Shown in pieces: positions 53,421 to 64,000 of a stretch of 64,000 nucleotides of DNA. The position numbers were made by a program, and so were the translations under genes. The first letter of the stretch is position 1; each line of letters opens with the position of its first letter. The stretch is taken from NCBI GenBank assembly GCA_964016885.1, contig OZ024742.1, forward strand, positions 107,074,001 to 107,138,000, in the 5' to 3' direction. The stretch is from Eledone cirrhosa. Lineage: Eukaryota. The notes under the pieces were generated by a model. That model made no database searches. It saw nothing but the letters and a program-made list of their open reading frames with translations, and was not told the DNA's origin.

Positions 53421-56134
53421 TGATATTTTATTCAATGTTTCAAGTAAAGGTTAAAGCATACTTTATATTCACTAAATAAAGATAAATTCAACCTCAGATA
53501 GATTCCAATTCATAAAATAAATTGGGCCTTTAAAAGTGTATATGTTCACATAAGATAAATGTGCACATCTCAATAATATAGAAATAAAAAGAAAGGGAAT
53601 CGAAAGCTAGCCAATATGGCCTTTTGTGTTATTACCATGTTTTAATCAATTTAGAAATTAAATAGATGGGATACATACACACAAACATTAATATTCATTT
53701 ATTTATATATAGATAGATATGCACACACGACACACATGTTTGTACAGGTACACAGTTTGTAGAAGGGATGCATGAAGAAGATAGGACTGTGCTTATATGA
53801 GTGAATAATGCCCACTACACATACATATGTCCTCACTTGCAGATGAGTCAGTCAGAATTATATATAGAAAATATGTTTTTTGTTTGTTTGTTGTTTTTTT
53901 TTTCAGTCTAAATATATTTGCGAAAGATGAAATATGTCCGTAAGGGATTAATAATTTACCTGAATCTTTTTTATATTTTTTCAAATTATTTTAATGTGAA
54001 TTATATATTCTAAAATCCTTAATTCAAATTAATAAGTAGATTCTTCAGAACCCTCTAAGAAAAACTGAATGACTACAACAAAATGTTGCCAAGCTATTAA
54101 AAAAAAGAAAACACCCAGGCAATAGCTATATCTGCATGTGTGTAAACAAGACTTACAAAGCATTTGGAAATTTGAAAATATAGTCGCCACAATGCAGATA
54201 ACTATAATCATAGTTGAATAAATCAGGTAAAGTATCTCTGGAAACACAAAAATACATAGTGCATTTTCATACACACACACACACACACGAATTTACAAAC
54301 AAGGCAGAAAAGGTACTCCATTTATACACTATTCAAAGTTGAGGTTTCCCTTCATCACTACTCAGTAAAACACTAAAACTGAGTAACAACAGAGGTAAAC
54401 CTCAATTTTGTACACACACACAAAGCACGACAAATTAAAATTGTGGAGAGCGAAAACTATTCCAGCAATCACACCCTACAAGTGCAAATATCTAGACAAG
54501 ACCATTCTAAGATCAGAGTTCCCTATCTTAACTAGATTACACACAGGCACACACGGCTTCAAAATAACTGGAACATCAATTAAATCTCAAGTTACAAATA
54601 CTGTGTTAGGTTGCAAGCCTTATAATAAATCCTGAGGGGTTTAACCAACAAACCTTATTAACCAATATGCTCACTTCTTTACTCCCCAAAACCTTTAATA
54701 TATCTCTTAATATATATCTCTAAGCTCTAAGCAAATAATATTACGATGCAATCATTTATCCTAAGAAGCAACACTGAAAACATACAAACTTTACAAACAC
54801 TGTTTTTTGTTGTTGGACCTCCGTCGGTTCCAGCAATGAGTGTTCTAGTGGAAATTTTGTCTCATCCACTTTACCTTCACCTTACAGAAAATAGTGATAA
54901 GCACAGGCCTTCACAGATCCTTGAGAACTGCCTGTGGAATGTTCAGCCAATTGCATGTTAATTCCACAAGTAAGCTACTCCATTATTCAAACAACTGGAA
55001 CACTCATCATCAGAAACGAAGTGTGTATGTAGAAAATGATGTTTGTATATGTAGGCCTATTCCACACAGCTGACAAAAATGAGTTGTACCTGTAAAAAGG
55101 CCAGCCTTGTTACACTCCTTGAGAACTATGGTAAGGGTATACGTGTCTGTGGAATGTTCAGCCACTTGTTAATTTCAAGTTGAAAATGACAGAGATCCAA
55201 GCACCCAACACACAAGTTACTAACTACCTGGTAGTAGGTTTCTAAGAAAGAACACTGAGTCATTAACACACTTGTATAACAAGACAACAAGGAGCAACAG
55301 AAATAACACCCCTAAAACTATACATTGACTGATAACACTGACCTATACTAATAATCTATAACACTGACCATTGTAATCAACTAGATCATCAGCTAGAATG
55401 GTTTGCAGTGATCATTCCAGCTTTTTGCCTGCTCTGAATTCAAATCCCGCTGAGGTCAACTTTGCCTTTCATCTTTAAAGGTCAATAAAAAATAAAAAAA
55501 ATCATCAATCCAGTACTGGGATCAATTCGTCCTCTCTCTGGAAGAAATCGGCTGGGTTCAGACCTGAAGAGAGGATAGGCTCCACCAGGTATATAGTACT
55601 CAAGAAACGCTGCATGTTACAATGGTACCCCTACAACTCCATCAGGAGTTACGGGCTCAAAGGAAAGGAACTGAGCATTGCTATAAGGTCTGACAATCGG
55701 AAAATGCTTCCAACTGTAAAATAGTTACTAGTTCAACATTTTATGGAGATAACTTGATTGCAGAATAACTTCATGGTAACATAGTTGAATGAATGATGTG
55801 TAAATATATGTCACAGGAGACGCGTGTTGTGTGTACTGCATGGCAAGTGAGTGGGTGTATCATATTGTGTGTGTGTTTGTAGGTACTCTGTTGTGGCACA
55901 TTTATGTTTACATATACTGTTTAACAGTGTAGTATATATGTGTGATAATATTTATATGTATACACATGAGTTTGTGTGAGTGCACTATTTTAATAAGATA
56001 AGATACATAGATAAGACAGAATAGCTTAAAACATGTCAGACTAGCTGACCCTTACAAGGGTCTTAGTTATATTTAATCTACAGACTACAGTGGTGTCAGG
56101 GTTTCAAACAATACTACAAGTCTATATAATATTA

Positions 56135-56550
56135 ATAACAATTATTCTTTCTAACATTGGCACAAAGCCAGCACTTTGGGGAATGGGAAAGTTGATTATA
56201 TTGACCCTAGTAATTAACTGGTACTTTATTTTATTGACCCTGGAAGGATGGAAGGCAAAGATGACCTCAGCAAGATTTTAATTCAGATATAAAAGGGCCA
56301 CAACTAAATCCTACAAAGTGTTTTGTTCGACACTACTAATTCTGCCAATCCACTGCCCCAATAATAATAATAATAGTTTCTGATTTAGGCACAAGGCCAA
56401 CAATTGGGGGGGGGGGGTTAAATCGACCCCAGTGTGCTACTAGTACTGTATTTTATCGACCCCGTAAGAATGAAAGGCAAAGCTAACCTTGATGGGATTT
56501 AAACTCAATGTAAAAGGCCATAACTATATGCCATAAAGTATATAATCTGA
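56135..56550 (-). mobile_element. Two tandem SINE family A copies
   Basis: Two GGCACAA.GCCA...GTACT.TATTTTAT.GACCC...GAAAGGCAAAG blocks separated by (AAT)n. Confidence 0.8.
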
Positions 56551-56977
56551 ATAATAACAGTAGTAAAAAGATATAAGAAATCAAATATATGAAAGATTAA
56601 GAGTAGTAAACCCCCACTCCCACCCACTACTATCATTTTCAAAATGTTTTGTTTTTGTTATTGATAACCACCACCACCACTGCCTGCTTCAACAACATTT
56701 TGCTTTCTCATTAACTAATTTATTTTGAGTATTTCCTTAACACAGGTCAGCTCATAACAAAAATATATGTAGCCTAACCTGAATGAATGGGTCAGATAGA
56801 AATTTGTGTGGTTACCTTGATACTGATAATCACTAAATATCATCACTTCAACAGATGAACCATATATCATTAAATATGTTGAATGTTTTATAACAGGCTA
56901 ATGGGTTGGCAGAATTGGCAGAGTGTGTGATGAAATGCCATTGCAGTATGTTCTGACTCTTTACATTCTGAGTTTAA

Positions 56978-57181
56978 CCCATTTAGCATTTACATTATAT
57001 TTATTGTATTTTTGTGGCAAAGGCTTTTCCTTACATAATTATCACACATAATATCGAATCTATGAGATTTTGGTGTTATTTATTTTGAGAACATTACCGT
57101 AACATCAGTATGAGTGGCAGGTTACAGCTGGTTTGAACAGAAAGAGGTGAGAAAATTCTGGCCAGTTTAAATGCAAAAGGG
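56978..57181. mobile_element. piggyBac-type MITE nested in a SINE (~56895-57325, plus strand)
   Basis: TTAA at 56974-56977 and 57182-57185. Internal sequence is homologous to 48967-49147. It splits the SINE B box (GAGT-TTAA-AT). Confidence 0.85.
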
Positions 57182-57857
57182 TTAAATACTACCATGGTCA
57201 ACTTTGCCTTTCAGCATTCCAGAGTTGATAAAATAAAGTACCAGTCAAGTACTGGAGTTGGTTTAATCAACTTTGCCCTTCCCCTAAATTTGCTGGCCTT
57301 GTGTCTAAATTAGACATCAATATAAATAAATAACATTTGAAGAAAAACCATATACTCTTTTTTTTTTTTTCAACAGCCTTATATAAGAGTTACAAATATA
57401 TATTTCCAAATGTAAAACAAAAATAAATCAAAATATTTTCCCAGCACTTCCTTAACACAAGTTAGCTCATAACCCAAATTAATGTGTTAGGAATCATGGT
57501 TAATTTGAGACTGCTAACCACAAAATATCATTACTTCAACAGATGGACCAATATATCATTAAATATATTTTATAATAATTAAAATCTGAAGGAAAAAAAA
57601 ACCCACACAAGTCGGGGTTCATACTTTTTTTCACAGGCCTTATATAAGTGTTATGAATAAATACTTCAATTGTAAAACAAAAATAATCACAAAATTATTA
57701 ATCATTGTATTACACAAAGACTCACTAACATTTCTCTGCTGTTCCCAGACTATATACTATTTCAGAGTCATATTCTAGCAAATACATAACAAGCATAGTA
57801 TTTAAATAATAATAATAATATACAAAGTATTAAAAAAAAGCCAGACCCACCCAACAG

Positions 57858-57918
<61 letters not shown>

Positions 57919-58140
57919 CATACATACATATAATACACAACTTTATACTAGTGGTGGAGTAGTAACTAGTGACTGTACCAAAGTAGGTCACTGTAACTAG
58001 ATTCAATATACCGCACCCACCCCTGCTTCCTTTTGAATAATTCAAATATTACGGAATAGATAAACACAAATATGACTTTCTATCTATATATATGTTAACT
58101 GGACCTAACATCCAAATCGCCCTCAAATAATTCATTATCT

Positions 58141-58345
58141 TTAACCCTTCCATTACTAATTTTCTAATGAAAAACACCACTTATGATTTTCAATTCATTT
58201 TGTAAATACTCAACAATTCAATGAAACTTGGCAAGTTATTTTACTAAGAGATTGTTTCCTAACATTATCTTTTGTTTAAATATGAATACTTTAAAACATG
58301 ATAGAATTGGGGACAGTTTTCAGCAAGTTTGTATTAAAAGAGTTA
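58141..58345. mobile_element. piggyBac-type MITE (degenerate)
   Basis: TTAACCCTT...AAGAGTTAA ends, similar to 51038-51255. Confidence 0.6.
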
Positions 58346-59280
58346 AAAAATAAAGTATGCATTGGACAATATAAACTAAGACATTTATGTCTGAGAAAAA
58401 TAAGATGGGACAGCTATGGTTACTTCGTCTTAGATCATAAATGTACTGGATCAGAGCTGACCTGAAGCAGCAAAAAATAAAAATGTAATATTTAATGTAA
58501 AAAAAAAAAAAAACAACATATACTAATGTTAGTAAAAACATCATTAAACTTGCATTGAAATCACTATATACTCATACATACATAATTCTGTGTATCCAGT
58601 TTAGAATATGTACACCTTACCACGGCATGTTGTAAGAAGTGACTAGAAGGGTTAGTAACAGGAAAAGTATCCAGCTGTAAAACACTACCTTAAAAGTCCC
58701 ATCTAACCCATGCCGACATGGACAAGTTGACGTAAAAACAATGATGATCATGTTGATAGCTACAATTCAATGAGTTTTGTTTGTTGTTTTTTGTTATGAA
58801 TGAATTTACAAAATTTAAGGAATATATTCAAAATGAACCTTTAACATATTTATATTTTCATTAATTCTTTTGTCTAAAAAAAAATATTGGAAGTCATGAA
58901 ACTTCCATAAACTGAAAAGGAAGGTATGTGACTTAGTAGATTGGGTGTCGGATTCACAACAAAATGGTCATAAATTTGATTCTGGAACATGTGGCACAGT
59001 GTGTTCTGGAGTAAGATGTTTCATTAAACATTGGTTTTCATGGTAGGACTGGAGCTCTTATTAAAACATCTCCAACTAGAAATCTCCAACTATGAACAAT
59101 CATATTTTTGTTTGTTTTGTTTTTTCAAACAAACATATTTAGGACAACATATCCATCCAATTTTGGAGTTGTATTCATGTGGGATGAAACTTCATTGGAA
59201 ACCATTTAACCATTCAAACAACATACAAAAATTGTTAAATTCAATTCACTTGACATTTATCATATATTTTGGGGTCAAAA

Positions 59281-59374
59281 TGTTTTGTCACACTCTTTGC
59301 AATCTGGTTACTGACACAATCCTACAATAGCAAAATTGTGTTAATGACTAGGTGACAAAGAGTGTGACAAGATA
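59281..59374 (+). ncRNA. Candidate pre-miRNA-like hairpin
   Basis: 40-bp ungapped stem (59281-59320 with 59335-59374) and a 14-nt loop. 31 Watson-Crick pairs, 6 G.U pairs and 3 mismatches on the plus strand. Confidence 0.35.
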
Positions 59375-60517
59375 GTGCAGTGACCAGATCACTGTTTACA
59401 GTCATTAGCAGCAGCCTACATGTGTGATTTCAGCCTCTATTTGCCCCACTAAGCTTACCAAGCTTACAAGATCCTGAAAAAGTCATAAAGCTGCCCTTCC
59501 TCAATTCCATCCACAGGCCCATAACTCTTGATGGAGTCACAGGTGCTGTCTTGGGCATTTTGAACCTGACAGAGCCCAACCCTCTCCAGGTTTGTCACAG
59601 CCGATTTCTTCCAGAGAAAAAGTGAGAGTGAAAGAAGGGCAATAAGAAAGAAATATAGAGAAAGAATTGACCCCAATACTGTACTAAAACTTTTTTTATT
59701 GGCCTCAAAAAGATGAAAGGCAAAATTGACCTGGATGTGAACTCAGAACACAGAGAGCTGGAATGAATACCACAAAGTATTCTATCTAATGTTCTAATGA
59801 CTCTGCAAATTCACTGTCTCATTCCTCATTTAGTTAAACCATAAAAAGAAAAAAATGTTTAAGTGAAAAAAAAAAAAACAGTATCTAGCAAGATAGATGT
59901 AAACACTAGATAATTGAATGAATATAATGTAACTGAGTGTTAACTTGGACAAAACAATACTTAGCTAAATTACATCTATCTTAACTAAGTGATTAGATTG
60001 AAATTGGAGTAATTGTCAGGTCTACAACATGATTTTAGTTGACAACAGGACATGATGGCAGGTAACACACACAACAATAGTGATAGCCACATTGCAACAG
60101 CTTGGCCAGCAAAATGATAGCACAACAGCTGGGGAAGTAATATAACATGCAACAACTCAAGTCATGATACCCACACACACTCAACAGCTGTAACAACAAT
60201 TACTGAAGCACAATAGTGATATCAGTGATAAACACCACACCACAACGGCTATTGTGATGTGGGTATATCACTGCCAGTTATTATAGTGTAGATAACACTA
60301 GCGGTTGTATTGTGGATTGAATACCATATGATGAGGATATCACTACCAACAGCTGAAGTGTAGGGTTGGATTAATCATGCTTAGGGTGTTAAGGGAAAAG
60401 GAGCAACATTTTATTCAAATTAATTGTATTTGTCATTCCAAAAACATTTTTTTTTTCTTTTTGAAAACTTTATATATGGGGCACCACAATATTTAAAGTG
60501 CTACTATTAGGGCATCA

Positions 60518-60880
60518 GTATCACAACTGTCATGGTCTGGATCACAACCAAAGCTGTTATGATCTGGGTATTAAAACCAAAACTGTTGTATTGTAAGTAG
60601 TCAAAGCTATTATGATCTGGGTATCACAGCAAAGAATGTTGTATTATGGCTATCACAACCAAAGCTGTTATGACCTAGGTATCGAAACCAAAGCTGTTGT
60701 ATTGTATCACAGCAAAAAATGTTGTATAATGGCTATCACAACCAATGCTGCTATATTGAATCACAACCAAATCTGTTATGATCTGGCTATCACAATCAAG
60801 ACTGTTGTATTTTGAGTATCACAGCCAAAACTGTTATGACCTGGCTATTACAACCAAAGCTATTGTATTGTGGCTATCAC
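60518..60880. repeat. Degenerate ~30-bp tandem repeat x ~12
   Basis: TATCACAACCAAAGCTGTTATGATCTGG(G/C) alternating with ...CTGTTGTATTGT variants. Confidence 0.85.
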
Positions 60881-62325
60881 AGACACATCAAACTATAAAG
60901 ACAATTTGCTCCAAAGGTAAAAGTAACTTTTTTTTATTTACCTAAATATCTCCATGTCAAAAGTATACTACTAATGTTCATAACCTTTGATTCATGAGAG
61001 GATCAATCAATCCTGAAATAATTCAAATATGTTAAGTTGTTTTTTTTACTGAAGAATCCTGGAAATATATTGTTTTTGTTTTACTTCTTGTTTTTCTACA
61101 TGGTTGAATTACTTAAAAGCTTATGCATTTAGACACATCTAGAACCATAACATCCAGTGTGACCTTCCATTTTTTAAAACAGCTGAAAATTATTTGAGAG
61201 ATTTGACAGCTATTTCTAACAGGTTGAGCAACCATATAAAGTCTCCCACAATTTTATAAGGGAACACAGTGTTGTTTCAAAGAAAAGCCAGAATTAAGTT
61301 AGGGAGATATATTGCCTTTGCTGCAAATTTAGAGTGGAATTAAAGTAAGACACATCTTTCATTTAAAAAAGGCAGTAAATTCTAAACAAAACAAATAAAA
61401 ATTCCCAAGTGTTGAAGGACATATTACAAAGTGAAAGAGGAAAACTGAGCAGTATCCAAAAGATTCTTTGAAAGATGTCAGATTAGAAATAGCTCCACAG
61501 TGATAAGGGTTTAAAATGTTGTATATAGAGGCAATCAGTGGATGGCTAACCTTAGCAGAGAACAGAGCAGAACTGACATGGGGTATCTTCTGAGAAACTA
61601 GAACACACTGTGTAAACTATGGAAAACAGAAATTATATATTATCTTGATTTCATAAACAAACACACAAAGCCGTATTTCATATGTATAAGAGAAAGAAAA
61701 GGAGGTTGAGAGGTGTTCAAACCCTTCTCAAGCGTATTACAAGCACATGTGAAGTAAAATATCTTAGATGCCCTTCCAGATACCAACTCACTCGTTTTTT
61801 AAGGTATAGCTTTTCACTTGTTTAATTGCTGAGCAGCAAGGTCATTTTTATGTGGAACATAAGCAAATTTCATCACTTACACTAGTAATGTCAAATAGAA
61901 AAAGAGACACACACACACACACATGCACACATACATAATGAGCTTCCTTACAATTTCTGTTTACCAAATTGACTGAGAAGCCATTGATCAGCTAAAGGCT
62001 TGCTCAAGGTGTCTGTTACTATAGTGTATCTTCTATTTTATAATAGGCACACCATAATCCTGCATGTTGTAAGAGATGAATAAAAGAATTGGCATCAGGA
62101 AGGGCATCCAGCTGTAAAGCACTATTATATCAGTCAATTAGTTGGTTAATCAGGTGTCAAATATCATGCTTCACATTGGAGAGAGAGAGAGGGAGTGAGA
62201 ATTAACATTTGAGTTGAAGGAGACTATACATACTGACCAGAGTAGCAAATAAAGTATGAGATAGAGACAAAAGAATGCTGGTGAGACCACATGCACACGC
62301 ACTATTACATTATATATATATATAT

Positions 62326-62660
62326 CATCATCATCAAGGTTTAGCGTCCGTGTTCCACGCTTGCATGGGTTTGGACGGGGGTTTTCCCACTTGAGGCAAG
62401 AGTGGTTGTCTTGCTCGCATAGGACTGTCTGGCGGGTTTTCTACAGCTGGATGCCCTTCCTAACACCAACCACATTTACAGTGTGGGGCTGGGAGGTTTT
62501 TACCGTGTTGCCTACACGGCCACATTTACAGCGTGGACTGTGTGTTTTTTTTTGTCGTGACACCTACACGATCTCAATTGTTTCAGCCTGGATGTTGTGG
62601 CACCAACATAACTTTACATTGAAAGGGGCGGTGTGGATGGGGTGGGGGTGGTTGGACGGG
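62326..62660 (-). mobile_element. RTE 3'UTR fragment
   Basis: Close homolog of 288-620. An opposite-orientation fragment lies at about 63130-63282. Confidence 0.85.
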
Positions 62661-63618
62661 GGGGACGGGGGTGTGGGGGGGTGTATATATATATACACAC
62701 ACATATATATATGTGTGTGTATGTGTAAAGTATTTCTGTAGAAAAGGTAAAGTTCTATGCATTGTACAGAGCTATTGTGTTGTTCATTATGTAATTAAAT
62801 ATATATATATAGTTGATAAATAAAACAAAACAAATACAGGGATGCAAAAACACAAAGTCTTATGAGGTTCATGCTTAGCGGAACTGGAGGTGGGTTCTAT
62901 GTTTCAGACGGAAGTCCTTCGCCAGGAAAGTTCAAATACCCATGTGAAAAAGAAGTTACAATAATTTATTGTAAATAAACCTTCTTCAAGACTCCAATTG
63001 CATTTTAAACTTCTTTTTCCTATTAAAAAAAACTTAACTTTCAAATATATATACACACAAAATTAATGTCTGCAGTTGATAGCATTTCTACAAAATATTC
63101 TTTTCACACTTTCTACATTAATGTATGGAATTGTAAACGTGGTTGGTGTTGGAAAGAGCATCCACCCGTAGAAAACCTGCCAGACAGTCCTATACGAGCG
63201 AGACGACCAATCTTGCCTCAAGTAGGATAATTCCCGTCTAAACCCATGCTAACGTGGAAGACAGACGCTAAACGATGATGATTCCTTTTTCTTTTTTTTT
63301 TTTTTTTTTTAAATTCGCTGCTTTATTTTAATACTATACTTATAGCGTGCATTAAATTCATCATTTTTATTTTTCAATCTATGGAGAAATATGTAAATTT
63401 GACATGTTTACATACTCACTGGGTATATTTATATACTAATTCACACACTATTGCTTAATCCTGAAGATAACCAAACTAGCAAGTATAGAATGGCTATGTC
63501 TTATGCCGGTTGAAGTTTGGAACCTTAGATAGCATGCATTATGTGTTGAGATCTTATATATATATGTATGTATTTATATAATGCATATATCAATATTTAT
63601 CTTTCAATCACTTTCTTG

Positions 63619-63660
<42 letters not shown>

Positions 63661-63702
63661 AATACAAATATTAATAAAATAGATGTTCTTTTGATCAATT
63701 AA

Positions 63703-63755
63703 ATTTTATTATACATATTTCAGAGGTACAACAGTACGTCCTCATCAGACAAAAT
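63703..63755 (-). ncRNA. Minimal type I hammerhead ribozyme motif (copy 1)
   Basis: Exact reverse complement of 63825-63877. Confidence 0.75.
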
Positions 63756-63824
63756 ATACATGACATACCCTGAGATGTTAAATGGTTAAGATTTAACATC
63801 TCAGAGTATGTCATGTATCATTAT

Positions 63825-63877
63825 ATTTTGTCTGATGAGGACGTACTGTTGTACCTCTGAAATATGTATAATAAAAT
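63825..63877 (+). ncRNA. Minimal type I hammerhead ribozyme motif (copy 2)
   Basis: Stem I AUUUUGU/AUAAAAU, core CUGAUGA (63832-63838), stem II GGACGUAC-UGUU-GUACCUCU, GAAA (63859-63862), minimal quasi-palindromic stem III A-UAUGUA-U, and an AUA cleavage triplet ending at 63870. Confidence 0.75.
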
Positions 63878-64000
63878 TTAATTGATCAAAAGAACATCTA
63901 TTTTATTAATATTTGTATTTTAATATTAATAACTCTGGAAAATATTTTTTGTAGAGTGCTTCCAATCTACTGTAAAACTCATTCTTTGATGTACTCATTG

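Larger units (their letters stand above)
63652..63928. repeat. 277-bp near-perfect palindrome abutting (TA)n
   Basis: Arms 63652-63783 and 63791-63928 with loop GGTTAAG. One substitution and one 6-nt indel. Confidence 0.97.

Noticed and set aside
53830-53950. CAGATGA-GTC...GAT-GAAATATGTC hammerhead-like arrangement
   Set aside because: Core mismatch, only a 3-bp stem II around a long low-complexity loop, and poor stem I.
63461-63530. Third hammerhead near the palindrome (CTGAAGA-TAACC...GGTT-GAAG)
   Set aside because: GAAG instead of GAAA and no convincing UH or stem I. At best a relic.

Overview
AT-rich eukaryotic non-coding DNA (intronic or intergenic). The SINE, RTE and microsatellite content suggests an octopus/coleoid cephalopod genome, which is an inference. 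No host protein-coding gene can be supported. The ORF track is explained by microsatellites, a 43-bp tandem array and decayed transposons. Recognisable content includes many tRNA-derived SINEs (several with 15-bp TSDs), RTE-clade LINE fragments of several families, a CR1/Zenon-type RT C-terminus, two CRE-type restriction-like endonuclease remnants, DD37D (maT) and mariner transposase relics, TTAA-flanked piggyBac-type MITEs and a Helitron-like non-autonomous element. The most interesting signals are structural. (1) A 277-bp near-perfect palindrome carries two identical, head-to-head minimal hammerhead ribozymes. (2) Several decayed hammerhead relics lie in or next to (TA)n tracts. (3) A 47-bp hairpin flanked by 13-bp direct repeats has all 9 mismatches as G.U pairs on one strand. 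(4) There is a pre-miRNA-like hairpin in unique sequence. (5) Two foldback elements are centred on a tRNA B-box. All calls are by eye and no database searches were run.
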